Assembly (NCBI GenBank): GCA_046496595.1
Contig: JAWOGU010000488.1
Coordinates: 1 to 42,896 of the forward strand
DNA: 42,896 nucleotides
Direction: 5' to 3'
From: Chloroflexota bacterium
GTDB taxonomy: Bacteria > Chloroflexota > Anaerolineae > Promineifilales > Promineifilaceae
The position numbers and the translations under genes are program-made. The number at the start of each line of letters is the position of its first letter. Within the stretch, counting starts at the first letter, position 1. Of the stretch, positions 9,404-18,102 are shown piece after piece. The notes beneath the pieces are model-generated. The model saw only the letters and a program-made list of their open reading frames with translations. It ran no database searches and was not told the origin of the DNA.

Positions 9404-9436
9404 AGAATGGGCCAATCTCTGAGATTGGTCCATTCT
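9404..9436. repeat. CCAATCT-family palindrome (AGAATGGGCCAATCTC t GAGATTGGTCCATTCT)
   Basis: 16-nt arms with one mismatch, located between the convergent TerB and ABC genes. Related palindromes occur at 15012-15045 and 33878-33910. Confidence 0.7.
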
Positions 9437-9458
9437 AATCCGCAGTCATACAAACGTC

Positions 9459-11291
9459 TTAAGCCAACGCCAGGGATGCTGCCGACGCTTCTTCGGTCAG
9501 CTCGTAAACCACTTCCATCTCATTGCGGAACTGCTTCGTATATAACTGGTAGTAATGGCCGCGTTTGCGAATCAATTCCGCGTGCGTGCCCATTTCCGAG
9601 ACGCCGCCGTTCTCGATAACCAGAATGCGGTCCGCCCGTTTGATGGTGGACAGACGGTGGGCAATGACAAAACTGGTCCGGCCTTCCATCAGTCTGTCCA
9701 TACCTTTCTGAATCAACGCTTCCGTCAGCGTATCTACCGAACTGGTAGCCTCGTCCATGATGAAGATGTCCGGTTCCGCAAGCACGGCGCGCGCCAGGCT
9801 GATGAGCTGTTTTTGTCCTACGGAAAGCAGCACGCCGCCTTCACCGACCTGCGTCTGATACCCTTTTTCCAGGCTGCTGATGAACTCATCCGCGCCGGCC
9901 AATTTGGCGGCGGTGATCACTTCTTCATCGGTGGCGTCTAAACGGCCGTAGCGCAGGTTGTCCATGGCGGTGCCCGAGAAAAGATGGGGCGTTTGCAGCA
10001 CCATGCCGATGCGGGAGTGAATGGCGTGGAGCGTCAACTGCGTGTAATCCGTGCCAGCGATGCGGATGACGCCGCTTTGCGGCTCATAGAAGCGGCAGAT
10101 CAAGTTCACCAAAGTGGACTTACCGGCGCCGGTCGGACCCACCAGGGCGATGGTTTCGCCTTGTTTGATCGTCAGGCTGAAGTCGGTCAGCACCGGTTTC
10201 TCTTTTTCGTAGTAGAAATCCACATGGTCGAAAACGATGTCGCCGCGCAGCGAGCCGGGGTCAAGTGCGCCCGGCCGATTTTGAATCTCAGGCACGGCGT
10301 CCACCAGCGAGAAGATGCGTTCGCCGGAGGCGATGGACTGCTGCATTTCCGCATAGACGCGCGCTAATTCTTGCACCGGCCACATCATGAACAGGATGTA
10401 GGAGATGAACGCCTGCAAGCCACCCACCGTCAGACCGCCCAGTTGGAACTGGTATCCGCCGACTACGACCACAGCGCCAATGGCAACGGCCGTTATCAAC
10501 TGCACTACCGGTAAAAACAAGGCCGAAAGCCAGGCGGCGCGGTAACCTGCGTCATGCATTTCGGTGGTCATGCCGCCGAATTCAGCTGCGTTGGCCTCTT
10601 CGCGGCGCAGCGCCTTCACCACGCGCACGCCGGTGATGTTTTCATTGTAGGCGCCGGTGATCTTCGAGTTAATTTTGCGCACCTTGCGGTATTCCACCAA
10701 AATCTTTTTCTTAAACAGGAAAGCGACCACGATCAGGACCGGAATCATGCCCAAGACCACCAACGTCAGCTTCCAGCTAATCAAAAACATGAAGAACAAT
10801 GCCGACAGGATGTTGGTAACGCCCCAGGTGATGTCCAGGAAACCCCAGGAAACCAGGTCGCCCACGCGCTGCGCGTCGGATGTTACCCGCGACATCAGCC
10901 AGCCAACCGGCGTGCGGTCAAAGTAGGACAGAGACAGCTCTTGCAAGCGGTTGAACATGCTTTTGCGCAAATCATACTGCACCCGCTCGCCCAGGAAACC
11001 GGCGGCGGTGATGAAGCCAAAGACCATCAGCGACTGCACCAGAATTAAAGCGCCGTACTGGATGATAATACTGGTCAGAGCAGACACATCGCCGGCGATG
11101 ATGCCTTCGTCCATGATGCGCTTGCTCAAAAAGGTGAAGTAGCTGTCCAGAAAGGAGACCATGCCCACGGTGAACAGAAACATGACCATGAGCGGCCAGT
11201 GTTTCAGGCCCTGCTTAATAATGCGCAGCACGGTTTGTCCGTTAAATTGTGTATCGAATTCTTCTTCTTCAAAACGATATTCATCACTCAT
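9459..11291 (-). CDS. ABC exporter, fused permease/ATPase half-transporter (type I exporter fold)
   Basis: Six-helix TMD followed by an NBD with Walker A GPTGAGKST, signature LSVGQKQ and Walker B IFIMDEATSSVD. Confidence 0.9.
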   Translation of the reverse strand: MSDEYRFEEEEFDTQFNGQTVLRIIKQGLKHWPLMVMFLFTVGMVSFLDSYFTFLSKRIMDEGIIAGDVSALTSIIIQYGALILVQSLMVFGFITAAGFLGERVQYDLRKSMFNRLQELSLSYFDRTPVGWLMSRVTSDAQRVGDLVSWGFLDITWGVTNILSALFFMFLISWKLTLVVLGMIPVLIVVAFLFKKKILVEYRKVRKINSKITGAYNENITGVRVVKALRREEANAAEFGGMTTEMHDAGYRAAWLSALFLPVVQLITAVAIGAVVVVGGYQFQLGGLTVGGLQAFISYILFMMWPVQELARVYAEMQQSIASGERIFSLVDAVPEIQNRPGALDPGSLRGDIVFDHVDFYYEKEKPVLTDFSLTIKQGETIALVGPTGAGKSTLVNLICRFYEPQSGVIRIAGTDYTQLTLHAIHSRIGMVLQTPHLFSGTAMDNLRYGRLDATDEEVITAAKLAGADEFISSLEKGYQTQVGEGGVLLSVGQKQLISLARAVLAEPDIFIMDEATSSVDTLTEALIQKGMDRLMEGRTSFVIAHRLSTIKRADRILVIENGGVSEMGTHAELIRKRGHYYQLYTKQFRNEMEVVYELTEEASAASLALA

Positions 11292-11350
11292 GATGATTTA
11301 CTCCATAGGCGGGCGGCAGACGACGCCACTGTGTCGTCTGCCGTCCGCCA

Positions 11351-13261
11351 TTAGTTGGCGCCAATTGTTTGTGTTAACTTTTCGTTGAACTTGCCATTGG
11401 AACGGCCGTTTTCCCCGCCATTCACAGCGCCATTTCCACTCCCATTGGAGCCGGTGTCGGCGGTGGCAATCTCTTTTTCCAATTCTTCTTCAATGCGCGC
11501 TTGCAGCCGGTAGATCTGCTGATACTTGCCTGGTTCGTTCACCAACTCATCGTGTGTGCCGCGTTGAATGACGTATCCCTTTTCCAGCACCAGAATCATG
11601 TCCGCCTGCATCACACTTTGCACCCGGTGGGCAATGACAAAGGTCGTCCGGTTCTGCATCAGGTTATCCAGGGCGCTGCGAATCGCCGCTTCCGTCTCCG
11701 TGTCCACCGAAGAAGTAGCATCGTCCATCATGAGAATGCGCGGATTTTGCAGCAGAGTGCGCGCAATGGTCACGCGCTGTTTCTGCCCGCCGGAAAGCGT
11801 CACGCCGCGTTCGCCCACCAACGTGTCGTACCCTTTCGGGAAGCTCAGAATCACGTCGTGGATGGCTGCCGCTCTGGCTGCTGCTTCCACTTCCTCGTTG
11901 GAAACGTCCCGGTTTAAACCATAGGTGATGTTTTCCCGGATGGACCGAGAAAACAGGAACGGTTCTTGCTGCACAATGCCAATCTGCCGCCGCAGCCATT
12001 GGCGCGGATACTCTTTTAGTTCCACGCCGTCTAACTGAATGCTGCCTGTGGTGTACTCGTAAAAACGGGGCAGCAAGTTCACCAACGAGGTCTTGCCTGA
12101 GCCGGTAGACCCCATGAGGGCAATAACCTGCCCCGGTTTAACCTCCAGGGTAATGTCGTGCAGTACCTGGTCTGTTTGCGTGTAGGCAAAACCTACCTGA
12201 TTGAAACGAATGTGTCCGGTCAGCCCGTTTTCGGGCATATAACTGCCCTGAGCCAATGGTTCCCGGTCTACTCGTATAATCTCTTGTACGCGACCCAGAG
12301 AAACCAGCCCGGTTGACATTTGCGTAATCAGGCGACCCAGGTTGCGGATCGGCCAGATGATCATCACGACCAGCCCGGCGTAGGTGAGATACATGCCGGG
12401 GGTCATCACGCCGCTAATGGTCATGCGGGCGCCGATGTAAAAGCCAGCCAGCATTTGGAAGCCGCAAAAAATATCAGTGACAGGCCAAAAGGTGGCGTGC
12501 ATCAGCAGCAGTTTTTTGCCGCGCCGATATTTTTCGCTGTTTTCCTTTTCAAACATATCCTTTTCGTACTCCTGGCGGGCAAAAGCCTTGACCACGCGCA
12601 CGCCGGAGAGGTTTTCTTGCAGGCGGTTCGACAGGGTCGCTTCCTGTTCCTGATAGTATTCGTATGCCTTGCCTACCTTGACAAAGAAATACAAGGAGAT
12701 TACCAGCACAATCGGGATGATGACGACTGAAATCAGCGCCAACTGCCAGTTCAGCATAAGCAGGGCTGTGAAGTTCACCAGGAAGAGCAGGCTGATGCGA
12801 CCCACGCCAATGGCCTGTTCGGCAAACAAGCGGCGAATGGCGTCCACGTCTGACGTGGTGCGCTGAATCAGTTCACCAGTTTGCATGTTGTCGTGGTAGG
12901 TGAAGGACAGCCGTTGAATGTGGTCATACAGGTAATTGCGCAGGCGGCGGGCAATGCCTTCAGCCGTTTTTGCCGCTGTCCGACCGCTGATGAAGGTGAA
13001 CGCGCCTTGCAGGATAGCCATACCGATGACGCCAAAAGCCACGATAACGGCCGTTCGCAGCCAGTCGGGGTTGCCTTCGTATAGAGCCTTGTCCACATAC
13101 TCGCCCAGCAGGCGGTAGGTGGCGGTGTACATTAAGGCGCCCAACCCCACTGAAATCACCGCGCCCAGGTAAATGAGCCGGTAGCCGGTCGTTAAGCGCC
13201 ACAAACTGCGCCACCGGTTGTCGGTTATGGTCTCTTTGAGATCATATTCTGCTGTTTTCAT
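11351..13261 (-). CDS. ABC exporter, fused permease/ATPase half-transporter; likely heterodimer partner of 9459-11291
   Basis: TMD plus NBD with Walker A GSTGSGKTS, signature LSGGQKQRV and Walker B ILMMDDATSSVD. Tandem with the downstream paralogue, 59-nt gap. Confidence 0.9.
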   Translation of the reverse strand: MKTAEYDLKETITDNRWRSLWRLTTGYRLIYLGAVISVGLGALMYTATYRLLGEYVDKALYEGNPDWLRTAVIVAFGVIGMAILQGAFTFISGRTAAKTAEGIARRLRNYLYDHIQRLSFTYHDNMQTGELIQRTTSDVDAIRRLFAEQAIGVGRISLLFLVNFTALLMLNWQLALISVVIIPIVLVISLYFFVKVGKAYEYYQEQEATLSNRLQENLSGVRVVKAFARQEYEKDMFEKENSEKYRRGKKLLLMHATFWPVTDIFCGFQMLAGFYIGARMTISGVMTPGMYLTYAGLVVMIIWPIRNLGRLITQMSTGLVSLGRVQEIIRVDREPLAQGSYMPENGLTGHIRFNQVGFAYTQTDQVLHDITLEVKPGQVIALMGSTGSGKTSLVNLLPRFYEYTTGSIQLDGVELKEYPRQWLRRQIGIVQQEPFLFSRSIRENITYGLNRDVSNEEVEAAARAAAIHDVILSFPKGYDTLVGERGVTLSGGQKQRVTIARTLLQNPRILMMDDATSSVDTETEAAIRSALDNLMQNRTTFVIAHRVQSVMQADMILVLEKGYVIQRGTHDELVNEPGKYQQIYRLQARIEEELEKEIATADTGSNGSGNGAVNGGENGRSNGKFNEKLTQTIGAN

Positions 13262-13426
13262 GAGAATCCCTCTTTGTTTTGGCGGCGGAAAAAGGCGCCT
13301 GATAAGTTTTTTTGAGTCAGTGTATGGCCTTAGTCCGCTCTTTACTGCGTTACTTTATTTTACGAATGGTTCTTGACATCTGTTGTCACCATTTGCCGTC
13401 GCCTTGAGTTTCAATGGTGGAAGGGC

Positions 13427-13461
13427 AACAAAAAACGCCACGTGGGTGACTCGTGGCGTTT
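13427..13461 (-). terminator. Intrinsic terminator (second of two) between the small ORF and the ABC exporter pair
   Basis: The minus-strand RNA reads AAACGCCACG, 9-nt loop, CGUGGCGUUU, then UUUUUG. The 10-bp stem is perfect. Confidence 0.6.
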
Positions 13462-13480
13462 TGCGGGATTGCAGGCTGCG

Positions 13481-13519
13481 AAAATAAAAAAGGCCACGAG
13501 CTTTGTTTGCATCGTGACC
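13481..13519 (-). terminator. Intrinsic terminator (first of two) just downstream of the small ORF
   Basis: The minus-strand RNA reads GGUCACGA, 12-nt loop, UCGUGGCC (one G-U pair), then UUUUUUAUUUU. Confidence 0.55.
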
Positions 13520-13547
13520 CTGGCAGTCTCTTTAAGAGATTTCTTGA

Positions 13548-13643
13548 CTATGTTATGTCAAGCAGGCAGGGTACGACACGGGCGGGTACACCAGCGAAAT
13601 CGCCGGGCACGATATAGATGTTATAGATGATTGTGTTTGCCAT
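13548..13643 (-). CDS. Candidate 31-aa leader peptide MANTIIYNIYIVPGDFAGVPARVVPCLLDIT
   Basis: Hand translation. AGGAGA lies 9 nt upstream of the ATG at 13643, with a predicted promoter upstream and two terminators downstream. Too short for the ORF track and no homology check was possible. Confidence 0.3.
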   Translation of the reverse strand: MANTIIYNIYIVPGDFAGVPARVVPCLLDIT

Positions 13644-13693
13644 GTGTCGCATTCTCCTTTCAAGATTTTTGCTGCGCTTCAAACGCAAGGATT

Positions 13694-13722
13694 ACTTTAG
13701 CAAATGAAGATGAGTAAGTCAA
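13694..13722 (-). promoter_or_regulatory. Sigma-70-like promoter upstream of the small ORF / ABC exporter pair
   Basis: Minus strand reads TTGACT, a 17-nt spacer, then TAAAGT. Confidence 0.4.
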
Positions 13723-13767
13723 TACCGAATTAGAGCAATATCTAATCTTTAAGGTAACGATACAGAT

Positions 13768-13818
13768 CGTTGCCTGAGCCTGTCGAAGGCAACCGGGCTT
13801 CGACAGGCTCAGGCAACG
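13768..13818. repeat. Perfect 21-bp-stem hairpin CGTTGCCTGAGCCTGTCGAAG / CTTCGACAGGCTCAGGCAACG (REP-like)
   Basis: The arms are exact reverse complements with a 9-nt loop. It lies immediately 3' of the lipoprotein gene. The same CCTGAGC.TGTCGAA / TTCGACAGGCTCA arms recur at 14797-14890. Confidence 0.8.
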
Positions 13819-13832
13819 AGAGACTGTTAAGG

Positions 13833-14756
13833 TTATTCAGCGGGCGGGAAAACATCGAGCACGGTGAAATCGACCCAGTAGAGACCGGCGGTGTTGGGAA
13901 CGGCCGTTAAGATGGCCTGCCCAGTTTCACCGGCCGGATCCGCCAGTTCGCCCCACCACGATTTGTCAGAAATGTACCCATATTGGAAGCCTACAGGCGC
14001 GGGCGCAAAGGTTTCTCCCCACACTTTGAACTCGGCCACCAACGTTTCCATCGAGTCGACGCCCTGGCTGTCATCGACAAAAAACAAGCCATCGCGCAGG
14101 GTGGGCGGCATTTTTTCCGGCAGCCAGTGTTTGAGATAGAGGCGGTACTCCGGGCTGTATTCGCGGATTTGGGCAAGCCAGGCGGCGGCTTTCTCATCGG
14201 TCACGGCCTGGCCTTCCGGGCTGCCGATGGAGCCGTACCACTCCACGTCCACGCCAAAGCCTACAACGCTGGGATGGTGGCTGTAGCGGTCCAACACCAG
14301 GCGGATCAGTTCTGCCACATCGGCCTGACCCGGTTCCACTTGCAGCCAGACGTTGACACCCTGTTCATCAAACAGCGTCAGGGCGTCTTCGTTGTTGTCC
14401 TTCGACCCGAAAAAGATGTCGGGTTTATCGGAGGAACCGGGGAAGCTGAGGGTTGTGCCTTTGCCGCCCTGCGTGCTGACAATCCACAGTGTTTCAGGCA
14501 CGGCGCCCGGGAACTTTGCCGCCATTTGCTGCCCGACGCTAAGCCAGTATTCAGGACCGGGATCATACCAGGGACCGTAGGTGGAATAGCGGAAACCGGC
14601 GCCCAGAGGTGGGGGCGTTGGTTCAGGCGTCTCGGTGGGGGCAGGCGTGGGCACAGGCGTGGGTTCTGGCGTGGGTGAAGGTGGAATGGGCGTGGGCGCA
14701 GGCGCTGTCTGGCAGCCCGCCAGTATCAATACAATACAAACCAACCATTTTTTCAT
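13833..14756 (-). CDS. Secreted lipoprotein of unknown function (possibly a glycoside-hydrolase-like TIM barrel)
   Basis: Lipobox LILAGCQ, a Pro/Thr/Glu-rich linker, then a globular domain of about 250 aa (GFGVDVEWYG motif). The functional guess is weak. Confidence 0.5.
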   Translation of the reverse strand: MKKWLVCIVLILAGCQTAPAPTPIPPSPTPEPTPVPTPAPTETPEPTPPPLGAGFRYSTYGPWYDPGPEYWLSVGQQMAAKFPGAVPETLWIVSTQGGKGTTLSFPGSSDKPDIFFGSKDNNEDALTLFDEQGVNVWLQVEPGQADVAELIRLVLDRYSHHPSVVGFGVDVEWYGSIGSPEGQAVTDEKAAAWLAQIREYSPEYRLYLKHWLPEKMPPTLRDGLFFVDDSQGVDSMETLVAEFKVWGETFAPAPVGFQYGYISDKSWWGELADPAGETGQAILTAVPNTAGLYWVDFTVLDVFPPAE

Positions 14757-14796
14757 AGCTCGTCAGTATCTTCTCGAAATTTCGTGGGCAACGAGG

Positions 14797-14890
14797 CCTG
14801 AGCTTGTCGAAGGCCGTTGGTTCGGCCAAAGGCCGTTGGTTCGGCCAAAGGCCGTTGGTTCGGCCAAAGGCCGTTGGTTTCGACAGGCTC
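14797..14890. repeat. REP-like hairpin arms enclosing about 3.6 tandem copies of a 19-bp unit GGCCGTTGGTTCGGCCAAA
   Basis: Units at 14812-14830, 14831-14849 and 14850-14868 are identical, with a partial unit at 14869-14879. They are flanked by CCTGAGCTTGTCGAA and TTCGACAGGCTCA. Confidence 0.85.
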
Positions 14891-15011
14891 AACCAACTCC
14901 GCCGCTATTTATTGAGAAGATACACTCGTCCCTTTTAATTGGATTTGGGGACGATTATATGGATATTGATGTAAATACAAATGTAACAAGGGAAATGAAA
15001 TACCATATGCT

Positions 15012-15045
15012 AGATTGGACCAATCTCAGAAGATTGGTCCAATCT
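15012..15045. repeat. Two adjacent 15-bp palindromes AGATTGGACCAATCT and AGATTGGTCCAATCT
   Basis: Read directly. Located 3' of lutC. Same CCAATCT family as 9404-9436. Confidence 0.75.
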
Positions 15046-15063
15046 AAACGTGCAAATTATGGT

Positions 15064-15720
15064 TTATGAGTCGTAGAGAATGACGATGAAGCGCTTGGGG
15101 CCATGCACGCCAATCGCCATCGTTTGTTCGATGTCGGCCGTTTTGCTGGGACCGCTGACGAGGGTGATGTTGCTGGGCGGGGCGGCCTGCCGGGCGGCGG
15201 TCCAGGTGAAGAGGTCACTGGTGAGCTTGCTGGTGGGCAGCAGGACGACGTGGACAGGCGGCAGCAGTGTGGCCAACCGGCTTTTGCCGGGACCGCTGCT
15301 GATGACCACGCTGCCGGTTTCGGCCAGCCCCACGTCGCCGCTGCTAAGACCAACGTCGGCGGTAATGCAAAATTCGCGCAGGCTGCCGGCGGTTTGTTCA
15401 ACGATGTGCCATTGGACAGCAGGAAAGGCGGCGGGCAGGTTGAGGGATGCGAGCGGTTCTTCGTGGTTGGCAACGGCCGTTTTCACCCCCAACTCCTGCA
15501 ATAAATCAGCCAAAGCGGAAACGGCCGTTTCCAGCCCATCCGCCCGTATCACTTCCCCGTGAACGGCCGTCAGCGCCAGCTCAAACTGCGCCGCCAAATC
15601 CTCAAACTCCCGATGTGACCGCCATACCGGCGGCCGCGCAGTTCTCTGCGCATTTTCTTTTAACCTGTTCAAGATGAGTTCGCGTGAATCAGTCATATTG
15701 TCGGATAGTCCTTTCGTCAA
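15064..15720 (-). CDS. lutC: Lactate utilization protein C (LUD domain)
   Basis: Third gene after lutA and lutB. LUD-type sequence of about 210 aa. The ORF-track start at 15720 is a TTG inside a heptamer array; the ATG at 15696 (MTDSRELILNRL) is an alternative start. Confidence 0.75.
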   Translation of the reverse strand: MTKGLSDNMTDSRELILNRLKENAQRTARPPVWRSHREFEDLAAQFELALTAVHGEVIRADGLETAVSALADLLQELGVKTAVANHEEPLASLNLPAAFPAVQWHIVEQTAGSLREFCITADVGLSSGDVGLAETGSVVISSGPGKSRLATLLPPVHVVLLPTSKLTSDLFTWTAARQAAPPSNITLVSGPSKTADIEQTMAIGVHGPKRFIVILYDS

Positions 15721-15744
15721 TCGTCAATCGTCAATCGTCAATCT
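15714..15744. repeat. Heptamer array (TCGTCAA)x4 plus a partial unit
   Basis: Perfect tandem copies at 15714, 15721, 15728 and 15735. The array spans the lutB stop codon, the 10-nt spacer and the annotated lutC start. Confidence 0.9.
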
Positions 15745-17161
15745 CCCCGTCCTGCCACATTTGCCGGAATGATTTTTGATGCAGGTGGGGCGGCTGGCGG
15801 TCGCCGGTGAGGTTGAGGGGCAGATGAAGCTGATCGTTTTGCAGAAACGGCCGTTGTCCGATGCGGGCGGCGCCGGTTGCCAGACGCCACAAACGCGGGC
15901 TGCCCATCACAAAAGCGGTGGCGCGTTCGGACAGCGCTTCGTTGCGCTTGACGATGCCCTGGTCCACCAGATCGGCGCGCAGTTGGAGCAGCATCCGGGG
16001 CAGGTCGATGCGCACCGGACACACATCTTTGCAAGCGCCGCAGAGCGTGCTGGCGTGGGGCAGCGCCTCAAAATTCTCCAGGCCAAAGAGCAGCGGCGAC
16101 ACCACCGCCCCAATCGGGCCGCTGTAGGGGCTGCCGTAAGCGTGTCCGCCTGCCTCCCGGTAGACTGGGCAGATGTTCAGGCAGGCGCCGCAGCGCAGGC
16201 ATTGCAGCACTTCTTCGTAGGGCGTGTTGAGGAGTTGGGAACGGCCGTTATCCAGCAGCACAATATGCATTTCTTGCGGACCATCCGGGTCGGCGGGGCG
16301 CGCCGGGCCAGTGAGAACCGTGGTGTAAATAGACAGGGGTTGGCCGGTGGCGCTGCGGGCCAGCAGCGAAAGCCAGGCCGCCGCCGCATCCCAGTCCGGC
16401 GCGATTTTTTCAAGTCCCATCACCGCCACATGCACTTTGGGCACGCTTGTTACCATGCGTCCGTTGCCTTCGTTGGTCACCAACACAATGCTGCCCGTTT
16501 CGGCCACGGCAATGTTGGCCCCGCTGATGCCCATGCCTGCCGTCAGGAATTTTTCGCGCAGCATGCGGCGGGCGGCGGCGGTCAGTTTTGGAATGTCGTT
16601 GGCGTCCATCGGCTCCCCTGAAATTCGTTCAAACAGCTCCGCCACCTGCCCGCGTGTTTTATGGATGGCCGGGGCGATGATATGATAGGGTGGCTCCTCG
16701 GCCAGCTGGATGATCCATTCGCCTAAATCGGTCTCAACCGGATCAATGCCCACCGCTTTGAACGCTTCGTTGAGGTGGATTTCTTCAGTCGCCATGGATT
16801 TGCTTTTGGCGACCAGGGATACGCCATGCTTTTGGGCAATGGACAAGATAATCTGGCTGGCTTCGGCGGCGTCACTGGCCCAGTGAACCTGCGCCCCTGC
16901 TGCCAGCGCATTCCGTTCAAATGTCTCCAGATGCTCGGCCAGATTGGCGACCGCCGCCGCCCGTACTTGCTTGAGATGATCGCGCAGTTCTTCGACTTGC
17001 GGATAGTGGGCTAAAGCGTGGGCGCGATGCTCCCGGAAGCGCCCGGTGGCGCCTTCCAGCGCGCTTTGCACGCGGATATCGTCAATGGCGACGGTCGCCC
17101 GCTGCCGGAATTCCGTAACGGTGCTGTGGGCTTTGCTGTGGGCTGCGGCTGTTTCTTTCAT
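15731..17161 (-). CDS. lutB: Lactate utilization protein B (4Fe-4S LUD-domain iron-sulfur protein)
   Basis: Two ferredoxin-type clusters, CLRCGACLNICPVY and CGACKDVCPVRI, plus a LUD domain. ATGA overlap with lutA. Confidence 0.85.
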   Translation of the reverse strand: MKETAAAHSKAHSTVTEFRQRATVAIDDIRVQSALEGATGRFREHRAHALAHYPQVEELRDHLKQVRAAAVANLAEHLETFERNALAAGAQVHWASDAAEASQIILSIAQKHGVSLVAKSKSMATEEIHLNEAFKAVGIDPVETDLGEWIIQLAEEPPYHIIAPAIHKTRGQVAELFERISGEPMDANDIPKLTAAARRMLREKFLTAGMGISGANIAVAETGSIVLVTNEGNGRMVTSVPKVHVAVMGLEKIAPDWDAAAAWLSLLARSATGQPLSIYTTVLTGPARPADPDGPQEMHIVLLDNGRSQLLNTPYEEVLQCLRCGACLNICPVYREAGGHAYGSPYSGPIGAVVSPLLFGLENFEALPHASTLCGACKDVCPVRIDLPRMLLQLRADLVDQGIVKRNEALSERATAFVMGSPRLWRLATGAARIGQRPFLQNDQLHLPLNLTGDRQPPHLHQKSFRQMWQDGEIDD

Positions 17162-17904
17162 CGGGTTGCTTTCTCCAACAGGGTGGCGGTGTGTTCGATG
17201 CGCAGTTCGCTGTCCGCCGGCAACATGCCGCGCATCTGCATCAGGCAGCCGGGATCAGACGTAACAAGCGTAGCGGCCTGGGTTTCACCGGCCTGCCGCA
17301 CTTTTTCGGCGGTCATGGCGTTGGACACTTCTTTCATGCGCACGGAGAAAAGGCCGCCAAAACCGCAGCAGCGGTCCGGTTCGGCCATTTCGTGGATGGG
17401 GTAGCCGGCGTTATCCAGTAAAGTGCGCGGCTCCTCTTTCAGTCCGAGAAGGCGGCACATGTGGCAGGAATCATGGTAAGTAATGGTCTCTTTGGGGCTG
17501 TCGCTCTCCGCGAGTGAGGCGGCGGGCTGCCAATGGGCTTCTTTGATCAGGAATTCGCTCAGTTCAAAGGTTTTTTTAGCCAGACGCAGCGCCCGGTAAT
17601 AATATTTGGGGTCGTCTTTGAAGAGGTGGGCGTATTCTTGCCGGATCATGGTGGTGCAGGAACCGCTGGGCAGGACAACGGCCGTTTCGTCGGCAAACAG
17701 ATCTATCGTGCGTTTCGCTAAACGGCGGGCCTCGTCCTGAAAGCCGCTGTTAAAAAACGGCTGTCCGCAGCAGGTCTGGTCAGTGGGAAACGTGACTTCG
17801 TAACCGGCGCGACGCAGCAGTTTCACCGTGCTCACACCCACTTCCGGCATGACCTGGTCAACCAGGCAAGTAACAAACAGGGCAACCTGTTTTTGTGGAT
17901 CCAT
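17158..17904 (-). CDS. lutA: Lactate utilization protein A (CCG-domain Fe-S oxidoreductase)
   Basis: Two cysteine-rich CCG motifs (TCCGQPFFNSG and RCCGFGG). First gene of the lutABC order. Confidence 0.85.
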   Translation of the reverse strand: MDPQKQVALFVTCLVDQVMPEVGVSTVKLLRRAGYEVTFPTDQTCCGQPFFNSGFQDEARRLAKRTIDLFADETAVVLPSGSCTTMIRQEYAHLFKDDPKYYYRALRLAKKTFELSEFLIKEAHWQPAASLAESDSPKETITYHDSCHMCRLLGLKEEPRTLLDNAGYPIHEMAEPDRCCGFGGLFSVRMKEVSNAMTAEKVRQAGETQAATLVTSDPGCLMQMRGMLPADSELRIEHTATLLEKATR

Positions 17905-18057
17905 AATGGGCAGTCTCCTATGAAAAATGTGAAGTGGATTGATATCGCTTCACCTTCTTCGGCAGCTAAGGTGATGTTGAGTATTATTCTCTATCGAAAT
18001 GTAAAGATTTGCCAGAGAGTGGAGAGATAGAGTATAGAGATAGAGTGTAGATGATTC

Positions 18058-18102
18058 GACTAACAGACTAACAGACTATTTGACTAACAGACAGGTGACT
18101 AG
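18058..18102. repeat. Octamer array GACTAACA GACTAACA GACTATTT GACTAACA GACAGGT GACTAG immediately 5' of the ABC gene start
   Basis: Read directly. Preceded by a low-complexity ATAGAG-rich tract at about 18020-18050. Confidence 0.8.

Noticed and set aside
13373-13630. 85-aa plus-strand ORF in the spacer upstream of the ABC pair.
   Set aside because: It runs antisense through both terminator hairpins and the mini-ORF. It has no RBS and a basic, low-complexity translation.
14812-14879. CRISPR array. The 7-8-nt arrays at 21202-21355, 25925-26022 and 42619-42716 were also considered.
   Set aside because: The repeats are directly tandem with no unique spacers, the periods (7, 8 and 19 nt) are far too short, and no cas genes are present.
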